This document shows, piece by piece, positions 20,558-29,413 of a stretch of 64,000 nucleotides of DNA; position 1 is the stretch's first letter, and each line of letters opens with the position of its first letter. The position numbers and the translations under genes were made by a program. The DNA is from Candidatus Marinacidobacterales bacterium (GTDB lineage Bacteria > Acidobacteriota > Vicinamibacteria > Marinacidobacterales > DATDRI01), in contig OZ245365.1 of NCBI GenBank assembly GCA_965226495.1, forward strand, positions 2,400,001 to 2,464,000. The letters are read 5' to 3'. A model generated the notes under the pieces. The model saw only the letters and a list, made by a program, of their open reading frames with translations, was not told the DNA's origin and did not search any database.

Positions 20558-22273
20558 ATGTTGGGTTGGATCCATGTTCGCAATATCGCCGTCATCGACG
20601 AGCTCCAGGTCGATTTCGAATCGGGTTTGAACCTGCTCACCGGGGAGACGGGGGCCGGCAAGACCATACTTATCGATGCGCTGAGTCTCATACTGGGCTC
20701 TCGGGCCTCGACCGATCTCGTCCGGACCGGTACCGAGCAGGCGACAGTTGAAGCCGGGTTCGAGCTCCCGGAACTCCCAAAGGCATTGGAACGCCGATTA
20801 GGCGACGCGGGGATCGACGTTGACGGTGAGGAGATCATCGTGCGACGTGAAGTCGCAGCCGGCCAGAAGAACGAAAACAGTAAGAAGAGCGGAAAGAGCC
20901 GAGTTGCCGTCAACGGTGCCGCCGGAGCCACGGGCTTGCTTCGCGACATCGCGCCTTTCTTGGTCGACATCCACGGGCAAGGCGAGACGGCAACCTTGGC
21001 GAAGGCGGACGCCGGACTGGATCTCCTCGACCAGTCCGTTCCCTACCGTGGCCAGACACAGAAAGTCTTCGACGCCTATCGTCGCTTCGCGGACCTCGAA
21101 GCGCAGGAGACGGAGCTTGCCAGCAAGGCGAAGGACACCGAGACCCGCCGGGAGTTCCTGAGGTTCCAGCTCGAGGAGATCCAGAGGGGGAAGCCCGAGG
21201 CAGGGGAGGACACCGAGCTCGAAGCGGAGCGTCAGGTCCTTGCCCATGGAGAGCGGCTGCGGGCTTTGACCGATGAGGCATACGGCGCGCTCTACGATGA
21301 CGAGGGCTCGGTCCTGGCGCGGTTGGCCCAGGTGTGGAAGCAACTGGGGGAGCTCGCTGAGATCGATGCCCGGCTCAAGCCCTACCTCGCGAGCCGGGAG
21401 ACGGTGGATTCTCAGCTGGACGACTTGGCGCTCTTCCTCCGGGACTACCGCGAGGAGATCCGCTCTGCACCCGGGCGGCTGGACGAACTAGAGACCAGGC
21501 TGGCGGAGCTCGAACGGCTCAAGAAGAAATACGGCGGGAGCCTCGAGACGGTTCTGGAGCAGCGGGACCAATACCACGAGGACCTCGACCAACTCGAGAG
21601 CTCGAATCACCTGCTCGCCGAGACTCGGGAGAAGAAAGAGGACGCTGCCAAGGAGTACCTGAACGTCGCGCGTGAGCTTTCCAAACGACGCGCCGCGGGT
21701 GCGAAGAGCCTACAGACGAAAGTCTTGAAGGAGCTCCGGGATCTCGCCATGGAGAAAGCGCGATTCTCGATCCACGTGATCGCTCCGGAGCACGCGGTCC
21801 CGGAACGCTCTTACTGGCGGGATAAGGGGCTCGATACGGTGGATCTTCTTTTCTCCGCGAACCCCGGTGAAGAGCTCCGACCCCTTTCGCGGGTCGCCTC
21901 CGGGGGAGAGCTCTCACGCTTTATGCTCGCCCTCAAATCCGTGGCGGCACAAGGAGGGGATTCGAAGACCCTCGTCTTCGACGAGGTCGACGCCGGCATC
22001 GGGGGCCGGGTGGCGGACATAGTGGGGGAGAAGCTGAAGGCCCTTTCACGGTCTCATCAAGTCATCTGTATCACCCACCTCCCCCAGATCGCGAGATTCG
22101 CAGATGCGCATTTTCGTATTGAAAAAACTGAGACCAACGGGAGGACCGTAACCCGCGTCCGACGACTTGACCGGAAGGGGCGTATCGACGAAATCGCGCG
22201 TATGCTCGCCGGCTCCGTTGTGACCGATACCGCTCGCAAGCACGCTGAGCAATTGGTCGCCGAAAACAGCTGA
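20558..22273 (+). CDS. recN: DNA repair protein RecN
   Basis: LTGETGAGKT, DIHGQ, ASGGELSR, FDEVDAG, ITHLPQIA. Confidence 0.97.
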   Translation: MLGWIHVRNIAVIDELQVDFESGLNLLTGETGAGKTILIDALSLILGSRASTDLVRTGTEQATVEAGFELPELPKALERRLGDAGIDVDGEEIIVRREVAAGQKNENSKKSGKSRVAVNGAAGATGLLRDIAPFLVDIHGQGETATLAKADAGLDLLDQSVPYRGQTQKVFDAYRRFADLEAQETELASKAKDTETRREFLRFQLEEIQRGKPEAGEDTELEAERQVLAHGERLRALTDEAYGALYDDEGSVLARLAQVWKQLGELAEIDARLKPYLASRETVDSQLDDLALFLRDYREEIRSAPGRLDELETRLAELERLKKKYGGSLETVLEQRDQYHEDLDQLESSNHLLAETREKKEDAAKEYLNVARELSKRRAAGAKSLQTKVLKELRDLAMEKARFSIHVIAPEHAVPERSYWRDKGLDTVDLLFSANPGEELRPLSRVASGGELSRFMLALKSVAAQGGDSKTLVFDEVDAGIGGRVADIVGEKLKALSRSHQVICITHLPQIARFADAHFRIEKTETNGRTVTRVRRLDRKGRIDEIARMLAGSVVTDTARKHAEQLVAENS

Positions 22274-22286
22274 GTTAAAGTGTTAC

Positions 22287-23690
22287 TTGAGGTTCTTAGT
22301 GAAACCACTTGCCGAACATAAACAACATCATCAACAGGGAATCCCTCAACGCTACTTCATCGACACCTGGGGGTGCCAGATGAACGTTCACGACTCCGAG
22401 AAGATCGCGGGCACCCTCAAACGAATCGGCTTTGTCCCGACCGCCGTCGAAGAGGAGGCGGACGTCATCGTTCTTAATACCTGCAGCGTTCGCGAAAAGG
22501 CGGAAGAAAAAGTCTTTGACCACCTCGGACGGCTCAAGCGTTTCAAGCGGAAGTCCGGTGAGAGAAAACAACCGGTCATCGGTCTCGCCGGCTGTGTCGC
22601 CCAGCAAGAAGGCGAAGCCATCTTCGCACGAGCCCCGCACGTGGACTTCGTACTGGGCACCCAAAGTCTGGTCATGCTTCCCGAGGTCTTGGAGCGAGTC
22701 CTTCGCCATGGAGAGAGAGTCGTCGAGATCGGAAGGCACCCCGAGAATCTCGACTTCCCGCCGGAGCAGATAGAGCGCGTCGCGGGCGTAAAGGCCTTCA
22801 CGACGATCATGGAGGGCTGTGACAACTTTTGTTCCTTTTGCATCGTTCCCTTCACTCGAGGACGGGAGAGGTGTCGACCGCTAGAGGCTATCGTCGACGA
22901 AGCCAAAGTGATGGCCAAGCAGGGCGTCAAAGAAATTCAGCTTCTGGGACAGAACGTAAACTCCTATGTAGACCCAGGAGAGGGTCGCTCTTTCGCGGAG
23001 TTGTTGGATGCCGTCGACGCCGTCGAAGGTATTGAAAGGATACGGTTTACAAGCCCACATCCCAAGGATTTCGACCGTGCGTTGATGGAACGTTTCCGCG
23101 ACCTGCGGAAACTGTGCCCTCACATGCATCTTCCCGCCCAGTCCGGCTCCACGACGGTCCTAGCGCGCATGAAGCGAGGCCACACTCGCGAGGAATATCT
23201 GCAGCGCATCGAGTTGGCGAGGCAATTAGTGCCTGACATTGCCTTGTCAACGGATCTCATCGTCGGCTTTCCCGGAGAAACCGACGCCGAGTTCGAGGAC
23301 ACGATGACGCTGATCCAGACCGTCGGGTACGACAGCATCTACTCGTTCAAATATTCGCCGCGCCCTCACACCTCCGCCATCAAGGAACTACCGGATGACG
23401 TGCCGGCCGAGGTCAAGATTCAGCGCTTGTCCCGGTTGCAGGACGCCCAACGCCGAATACAGGAACGGAAGAACCTCGAGCACGTCGGTCGCGAGGTCGA
23501 AGTCTTGGTGGATGGCGTGGCCAAGAGGAACGTCGGAGTCCTGGCGGGAAGAAATCCGCACAACCGCGTCGTCAATTTCCGAGCAAGCGAAGATCGCGTC
23601 GGCCAATTCGTGCGCGTTCGCATCACCACGGCGAGGCCAAACAGTCTTTTTGGGGAGGAGGTGTCGTTAATACGCGCTAAAGATTGTTGA
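22287..23690 (+). CDS. miaB: tRNA-2-methylthio-N6-dimethylallyladenosine synthase
   Basis: TWGCQMNVHDSE, NTCSVRE, CDNFCSFC, GQNVNSY, TRAM domain; start uncertain. Confidence 0.96.
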   Translation: MRFLVKPLAEHKQHHQQGIPQRYFIDTWGCQMNVHDSEKIAGTLKRIGFVPTAVEEEADVIVLNTCSVREKAEEKVFDHLGRLKRFKRKSGERKQPVIGLAGCVAQQEGEAIFARAPHVDFVLGTQSLVMLPEVLERVLRHGERVVEIGRHPENLDFPPEQIERVAGVKAFTTIMEGCDNFCSFCIVPFTRGRERCRPLEAIVDEAKVMAKQGVKEIQLLGQNVNSYVDPGEGRSFAELLDAVDAVEGIERIRFTSPHPKDFDRALMERFRDLRKLCPHMHLPAQSGSTTVLARMKRGHTREEYLQRIELARQLVPDIALSTDLIVGFPGETDAEFEDTMTLIQTVGYDSIYSFKYSPRPHTSAIKELPDDVPAEVKIQRLSRLQDAQRRIQERKNLEHVGREVEVLVDGVAKRNVGVLAGRNPHNRVVNFRASEDRVGQFVRVRITTARPNSLFGEEVSLIRAKDC

Positions 23691-23715
23691 CTTTCCATTC
23701 GCCCCCCCCTATATT
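23687..23715 (+). promoter_or_regulatory. Sigma70-type promoter
   Basis: TTGACT-17bp-TATATT upstream of DUF151 gene. Confidence 0.6.
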
Positions 23716-23756
23716 GTGGTTACGCAAAAACGATCACGAGGGCGAGAGGTCCGGTA

Positions 23757-24242
23757 ATGGAAATCGAGATGACCATCAAGGGCTTGATGATCGATCCCAT
23801 CACCAACATGCCCATCGTGATTCTCAAAGACAAGGAAGGAAACCGAATCCTTCCCATTTGGGTCGGCATCTTCGAGGCCAACGCGATCGCGCTTCAAATT
23901 GAAAACATCTCTACGCCACGCCCGATGACGCACGATCTTCTGAAGAATGTCCTGGGCGATCTCGAGGCCAACGTACAAAAGATCGTGGTCTGCGAGCTCA
24001 AAGACAACACGTTCTACGCGATGATCTACCTGAATCGCAACGGCGAGGTGATTGCCATCGACTCACGCCCGAGCGACGCCATCGCCCTCGCGCTTCGTAC
24101 GAAGTCGCCCATCTTCGTTGAGGAAAGCGTCGTGGAGAGCGCGAAGGGAATGGATCTGACGAAGGACGCGACAGATTCCGAGAAGCTTCAGAAGTGGCTC
24201 GAGGGCCTCAACCCTGAGGATCTCGGGAAGTACAAGATGTGA
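23757..24242 (+). CDS. Bifunctional nuclease family (DUF151)
   Basis: LPIWVG.FEA.AI, PRPMTHDL, DSRPSDAIALA. Confidence 0.93.
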   Translation: MEIEMTIKGLMIDPITNMPIVILKDKEGNRILPIWVGIFEANAIALQIENISTPRPMTHDLLKNVLGDLEANVQKIVVCELKDNTFYAMIYLNRNGEVIAIDSRPSDAIALALRTKSPIFVEESVVESAKGMDLTKDATDSEKLQKWLEGLNPEDLGKYKM

Positions 24243-24375
24243 GCGAGTGAATCACCGCATACGAACTCTAATATGTACTTGATGACACGCTGAATGCCGC
24301 TACACGGGGCCCAACCTGCTCGGTTCCCGCTTACCGATAGTTCTCCCTCAAAATCAAAAACATAGGAGTGGAACC

Positions 24376-25137
24376 TTGGCTACCGTTATAACTATAGCGA
24401 ACCAAAAGGGTGGTGTAGGGAAGACGACGACGGCGGTCAACTTGGCTGCCGCTCTCGCTATGAAGAAACAGCCTACTCTCATCATCGACATGGATCCCCA
24501 GTCCAATACGTCCATATCCCTCGTGGATCTGGATACGGTTGAAAATTCAGTCTATGACGGGCTCGTTGACCTGTCGGCTGAGTTGAAAGATGCCATCTAC
24601 GAGACCTCCGTAGATAAGCTGCACCTTATCCCGTCCAAGATTTCCTTGGCGAAGTTGGAGAGCAAGCTCCTCGGTGAGCTGGATGGCCACTTTCGCCTGC
24701 GGGATCGGCTGTCGATGCTTCAGGGTCGTTACAAGTACATCATCATCGATACCCCGCCGACGTTGGGGCTGATCACGGTGAACGCGTTGGTCGCTGCCAC
24801 ACATTTGCTGATCCCGATACAGTCATCCTACTTTGCTCTCGAAGGGACAGGAGATCTCCTGGAGACCATGGATAAGGTGAAGGCGCGGCCAAACCCGGAC
24901 CTTCGACTGCTCGGAATCCTGATTACACTCCATGACCGCCGCACCACACTCTCCCGCGACGTTCGTAAGAAGATCAAGGAGAGCTTCGGCGAGAAGGTCT
25001 TCAAGACCGTCATCAATAAGAACGTTCGACTCGAAGAGAGTCCCGCCCACAAGGAGGCGATCTTCAGCTTCGCTCCGCGTTCCCGGGGGGCCTTCGAATA
25101 CTACAGCCTTTCAGAAGAGGTGATCGCCCGTGTCTAG
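24376..25137 (+). CDS. parA: ParA/Soj family ATPase
   Basis: NQKGGVGKTT, IDMDPQ, IDTPP, NVRLEESP. Confidence 0.92.
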   Translation: MATVITIANQKGGVGKTTTAVNLAAALAMKKQPTLIIDMDPQSNTSISLVDLDTVENSVYDGLVDLSAELKDAIYETSVDKLHLIPSKISLAKLESKLLGELDGHFRLRDRLSMLQGRYKYIIIDTPPTLGLITVNALVAATHLLIPIQSSYFALEGTGDLLETMDKVKARPNPDLRLLGILITLHDRRTTLSRDVRKKIKESFGEKVFKTVINKNVRLEESPAHKEAIFSFAPRSRGAFEYYSLSEEVIARV

Positions 25138-25957
25138 AAAAGCCGGCCTACCGAGTTCCGTGAGACTCCGCCACTTTGATCGCGACCTCCACTTCGTGGA
25201 CGAGCTCAGCAGTCGCCAGGGCATTCCCATTGGGCGCATGGTTGCCATCGAATATATCGAGCCCAATCCCCACCAGCCGCGTCAGCAAATGGGTGACCTC
25301 AGTGAGCTCACGACTTCGATCCGAGAGAAGGGCATCTTGCAACCGCTGATCGTCCGGCGGCTGGGGGACAAGTTCCAGATCATCTCGGGGGAGAGGCGAT
25401 ACCAAGCTGCCCTACAAGCTGGTCTCACCGAGCTACCGTGCGTGGAGAGAGACATCGACGACCGAGAGACGGTCGAGGTGGCTCTTGTCGAGAACATTCA
25501 ACGTAAGGATCTAACGCCATTCGAGGAAGCAGAAGCGCTGGGGCATTTGGTCTCGAACTACGAATACACACACGAGGCACTCGCCGGCCGGTTAGGGAAG
25601 TCGAGGACTAGCGTTACGGAAATGCTGAGCCTCAACACCATGCCGGACGAGATCAAGAATCTATGTCGGCTCGCCGACATCAGCTCTAAATCATTGTTAT
25701 TGCAGATACTTAGGCAGGACAGCCCCGAGAAAATGATGGAATTGGTCGAACAAATCTCCCGCGAGGGCCTGAATCGAGAGCAAGTTAGGAAGGTGGCTCG
25801 GGCGCCGGCTCGCGGCCGGCCGTCGAATTTCGTCTTTAAGTATGGCCCGAAGGGGAGCCCATTCCGATTGAACTTGACGTTCCGCAAAGCGAAGGTGGAA
25901 AAGCACGAGGTCATTCGAGTCCTAAGACGGATTCTTAGCGAGCTCGAAACATCCTGA
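25130..25957 (+). CDS. parB: ParB/Spo0J family protein
   Basis: PNPHQPR, GILQP, SGERRYQA CTP motif, ENIQRKDL, HTH GKSRTSV. Confidence 0.92.
   Translation: MSRKAGLPSSVRLRHFDRDLHFVDELSSRQGIPIGRMVAIEYIEPNPHQPRQQMGDLSELTTSIREKGILQPLIVRRLGDKFQIISGERRYQAALQAGLTELPCVERDIDDRETVEVALVENIQRKDLTPFEEAEALGHLVSNYEYTHEALAGRLGKSRTSVTEMLSLNTMPDEIKNLCRLADISSKSLLLQILRQDSPEKMMELVEQISREGLNREQVRKVARAPARGRPSNFVFKYGPKGSPFRLNLTFRKAKVEKHEVIRVLRRILSELETS
25663..25680. promoter_or_regulatory. parS-like palindrome inside parB
   Basis: ATGTCGGC-TC-GCCGACAT perfect 8-bp arms. Confidence 0.4.
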
Positions 25958-25984
25958 CATTCGTTAATTCGAGTCTTCGACAAG

Positions 25985-26030
25985 TTTTCCACATTCAGAT
26001 CTTGACACCGGAATCGGCGTTTGTTACTTT
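25985..26030 (+). promoter_or_regulatory. Sigma70 promoter with adjacent DnaA-box match
   Basis: TTTTCCACA (25985-25993) then TTGACA (26002)-17bp-TACTTT (26025). Confidence 0.55.
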
Positions 26031-26178
26031 CGCTCTGCTGAGTCGCCCGCGAACGCAGAGTTCCTAAAAACGCTCCCCGCTCCTGTTCGTAAGCGCCGTA
26101 ATAACCTAAAACCGAATCACCTCATCGATAGCTCCTCCTTAGCCCACCCCGGGGGAGAAGAAGAAGGGGAGGCTGACT

Positions 26179-26535
26179 ATGGGCCACCGGTACCGAGGGA
26201 AATCCCTCAAGGACGTACGCGAACAGAGGAACCTCAAGCTTCGTTGGATTTCGGAGGAGACCCGTATAACCACCTGGTATCTTGCCGGGATCGAAGACGA
26301 GCAGTTCGATAGGTTCCCAGGCAAGTTCTACTTCAAGAGCTTTGCCAAACAGTACGCGCAAAAGCTCGGCCTCAACGACTCCGAGGTCGTCCGCGACCTT
26401 CAAACCGCCTATGATACTTGGGAAGGAGAGCAACAACCGGCCCCGGCCTCGTCAACGAATGGAGTGCCGATCTCCGGCGCAAGCATCGTGGGCCTGCTAT
26501 ATCCTCCTGGCAAGGGTCGGATCCCAGAAGCGTAG
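26179..26535 (+). CDS. XRE/HTH_25 protein (RodZ N-terminal-like, stand-alone)
   Basis: GKSLKDVREQR..ISEETRI..YLAGIE..F..FP..Y.KSF..QYA..LGL. Confidence 0.75.
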   Translation: MGHRYRGKSLKDVREQRNLKLRWISEETRITTWYLAGIEDEQFDRFPGKFYFKSFAKQYAQKLGLNDSEVVRDLQTAYDTWEGEQQPAPASSTNGVPISGASIVGLLYPPGKGRIPEA

Positions 26536-26612
26536 TCTCGTCCTCCCTCTACCTGCGCGGCCCGGCCAGCGATGAGAGAAGCGACGAGCGTGCTGCGTGC
26601 TATAGTGACCTC

Positions 26613-27173
26613 ATGCGTATTAGGAGGTTTCTTTTCCTGAGTTTGTTGGCGTTCGGCGGCACCGGTCTCGCGGCGGAGGGGCCTGAAGTGTCTGCCGTGC
26701 CCGAAATAGGGGACCGCGCCCCAGACTTCGAGCTCAAGGACGCGGAGGGAAAGAGCTACCGCCTCTCGGAATTCAAGGGCAAGAATGTGGTGTTGGAGTT
26801 CATCCGCAGCGGCTCTTGGTGACCCTTCTGCAAAGCGCAGCTCGGCGAGCTGCAAGAATCCTACTCCGAAATCGGCAATCGCAACGCCGTCCTCCTCGTC
26901 ATTTCCAAATACGATGCCGAGGAGACCGCAAGCTGGCTGGAGAGCAATTCTTGGAGCTTCCCCGTCCTCTGCGACGGGAGGGGAGTGATCGAACTATACG
27001 GTATTTTGAACGAGGGAGCACTGAGCAAACCCAAGGCGGCCGGAATCCCACATCCGGCAACGTTCATCATCGACGCCGAAGGGGTCATTCGACTGAAGAA
27101 CGTTTGGGAGGACTACAAGAAGCGGACGTCTCCGGACACCATCTTAAGGGAGTTGGAAAAACTCAATGAGTAG
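26613..27173 (+). CDS. Exported AhpC/TSA (peroxiredoxin-like) selenoprotein, UxxC; Sec at TGA 26820-26822
   Basis: Signal peptide, GDRAPDFELKD..VVLEFIRSGSW-U-PFCKAQL..PHPATFIIDAEGVIR; the ORF-track pieces 26418-26822 and 26985-27173 are one frame; hairpin after UGA. Confidence 0.88.
26837..26853 (+). promoter_or_regulatory. Putative bacterial SECIS hairpin
   Basis: GCAGCTC-GGC-GAGCTGC, G-starting loop, stem begins 14 nt after UGA. Confidence 0.7.
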
Positions 27174-27705
27174 GCACAACAGCTGGCTAGCGATTCTCAC
27201 GCTGTTCTCCGCTTCCGGCGCTTTTGCTCAGAACATGGAGATTCCGGACTGGGAGAACTCGGTCCGCTTCGAGCTCGTCGCGTCGCAGGATCCCGTGCGG
27301 CCAGGCGACGGTTTCGAAGTCGCCATCCTGGCCGAGATCGAATCCGGTTATCATCTTTATGGTCCCGAAGAGAAGAAGCCGAATCGCACGGAGGTCGCGG
27401 TATCGGGAGACTTGGTCGAGGCCGATGATCCGATGTTCCCTCCGGTCGTCAGCCGGGACCTATCCGGACTCGGGACGTACGATCTCTACGAAGGAAAGAT
27501 CGCCATCCGCATTCCGCTTTCGGTTCATGAGGCCGCTTCCAAGGACAAACCGCTTCCGATTGATGTTAAGATCAACTATCAAGTCTGCACCGATGTCGCG
27601 TGCAGTGCCCCGACCAGCAAGACGCTGTCGCTTAAGCTTTCCGTGGCTGCGAAGGGGGCGGACGTCGAAAAACGGCACCGGAGTGTATTCAATTCGAAGG
27701 AATAA
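27166..27705 (+). CDS. Exported DsbD N-terminal (Ig-like) domain protein
   Basis: Signal peptide, IESGYHLYG, YEGK, YQVCTDVACSAP (C-x4-C); overlaps selenoprotein stop. Confidence 0.8.
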   Translation: MSRHNSWLAILTLFSASGAFAQNMEIPDWENSVRFELVASQDPVRPGDGFEVAILAEIESGYHLYGPEEKKPNRTEVAVSGDLVEADDPMFPPVVSRDLSGLGTYDLYEGKIAIRIPLSVHEAASKDKPLPIDVKINYQVCTDVACSAPTSKTLSLKLSVAAKGADVEKRHRSVFNSKE

Positions 27706-27728
27706 AACCATTCAAGTCGCAAGCTGAC

Positions 27729-27803
27729 TGGAGCGTAGCCAAGCGGTAAGGCACCTGGCTGTTAACCAGGCCACCGGAGGTTCGAATCCTCCCGCTCCAG
27801 CCA
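27729..27803 (+). tRNA. tRNA-Asn (GTT)
   Basis: Acceptor TGGAGCG/CGCTCCA, G73, CCA; anticodon arm CCTGG-CT GTT AA-CCAGG; T arm GGAGG-TTCGAAT-CCTCC. Confidence 0.93.
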
Positions 27804-27999
27804 AATTGCTGCTAACAAACACGCAGGTTAGGCAAAAACGCGGTGCCAGTAACAAGGACGTTCTGCTCCAGCCAATTTGCTACCGGAACGTCCCGGCGTC
27901 CCAAAACAAGAGCGGTCTGCTATCGAGGGTATTGCGGAACTCCCCGAGGCCGGCGGCTTACCCGGGTTGTTGGAGCAACAACCTCCCGCTCCAGCCAAA
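27788..27999 (+). repeat. Three direct copies of the tRNA 3' end
   Basis: CCTCCCGCTCCAGCCAAA at 27788 and 27982 (18/18); GCTCCAGCCAAWTTGCT at 27794 and 27865 (16/17). Confidence 0.8.
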
Positions 28000-28081
28000 C
28001 TTTTCAACAGTTTACGAGAAACCCTCAAGCATCACTTTAGGGTCAGGGAAGCACAACCAAGGTCAGGGGAGATCGACAGAG

Positions 28082-28336
28082 ATGAAAGAACTATTGGAGC
28101 TCATGGCGAGAGCACTCGTCGACAATCCGGATGAGGTCTCGGTGTCGGAAGTCGGCGGACAGCAAGTGGTCATCTTCGAGCTCAGGGTGGCTCAGGAGGA
28201 TTTAGGAAAAGTGATCGGCAAGCAAGGGCGTACTGCGCGGGCGATCCGCACGATAGTGTCGTCTGCCGGCATGAAGCATGGTAAGCGGTATCATCTCGAA
28301 ATCATTGAGCCCTCGCCGCGGCCCGACGACAGATAG
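28082..28336 (+). CDS. khpA: KH-domain RNA-binding protein KhpA
   Basis: [36 protein letters not shown]. Confidence 0.92.
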   Translation: MKELLELMARALVDNPDEVSVSEVGGQQVVIFELRVAQEDLGKVIGKQGRTARAIRTIVSSAGMKHGKRYHLEIIEPSPRPDDR

Positions 28337-28566
28337 TCTGTCAGGCGAGGGTGAAAAGACGGAGTTGGGGGCGCAGCAACCTCCCGCACTAGCCATTTCC
28401 CTCCAAAGCTGAAAAAACCCAGAGACTGTCGGGCCACTGCAGGGCAACCGCAAGCCTGGCGTCCATTTAGTCCCAGCCCCGGCCGGTGTTGCGTGCCGCG
28501 ACGGTCTGGTGACATAATTCCGCGCCGCCATTGCGGTGGCCGCAGCACCGAAGAGGAGAAAATACG

Positions 28567-29272
28567 ATGAAGAATCGATATCTGAGCCCATCAGCCGTTC
28601 TGGCTCTGGTCACGCTGATTGCGCTCGCGCTCGCGAGCGATGCCACGCTTGCCCAGGAGAAGCCCAAGGCCCCCGAACCGGGAGTGCCGGAGCTCTTCAC
28701 GCTCCAGGGTCAGTTCGTGCGGATCGCCTACAACAACGAGGGGTACGTCTCCCTCGGGTACCGGGTGGCCAACCAATCCGTCGGAGAGGAGTGGATGCTC
28801 CTAGAGATGGGGGCCACGCTGCGTGCCGGTGGAGAATACAATGCTAAAACGCGAACACCTCTCAATCGAGACCCCTGACGGCAAGACGATCCCTTTGGCC
28901 TCGAACCAAGACTACCGAGCGGCGAATCTCCGAGCCCTCGAGCAGCGGGCAACCGTGGTGCGCGACTCGATCAACTACTTCCCGCCGGGGGCGAGGCAGG
29001 CCTGTCCAATCCGTTTCTTCGCCGAGCTCGGTGGGCGTGCCTCTCTCGCCTATGACCAGGTCACGTTGAGCAAGCAGCGCGCATGTCTCGGCCGCGTTTT
29101 CTTCAACATCCCCGGTGGCATCCAGTACGGTCAACACTGGCTCAACGTTCAGTTCGAGAACAGCCTGGTGAGAGCTCCGTTCCGAATCCTGACCAAGGAG
29201 GAGGAAAAAATCTTCAGCAAGACGTGGAAGGACATCAAGAAGGAGCACGAGAAGGCGTTCAGCAAGACCTAG
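28567..29272 (+). pseudogene. Exported hypothetical protein with a frameshift near 28820-28830
   Basis: Signal-peptide ORF (..WMLLEMGATLR) continues as PVENTMLKREHLSIETPDG.. in another frame. Confidence 0.6.
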
Positions 29273-29413
29273 CCCCTCGCCAAGTCACTTAGAGATCTCG
29301 GGCCAGGGAGCCTCATCCAAGGTCTTGGTCCCACCAGGGCGGCGGGCTGGTTTCGCCTGTCACTCGGCATCGCCGACTTTGTCAAGAAGTACCTCGCGAA
29401 AAGGAGGAACTTA

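Noticed and set aside
25958-26178. Replication origin beside parAB
   Set aside because: Only one DnaA-box match and no clear AT-rich unwinding element
27788-27999. CRISPR array
   Set aside because: Repeats are tRNA 3' ends of unequal length with irregular spacers; no cas genes in the window
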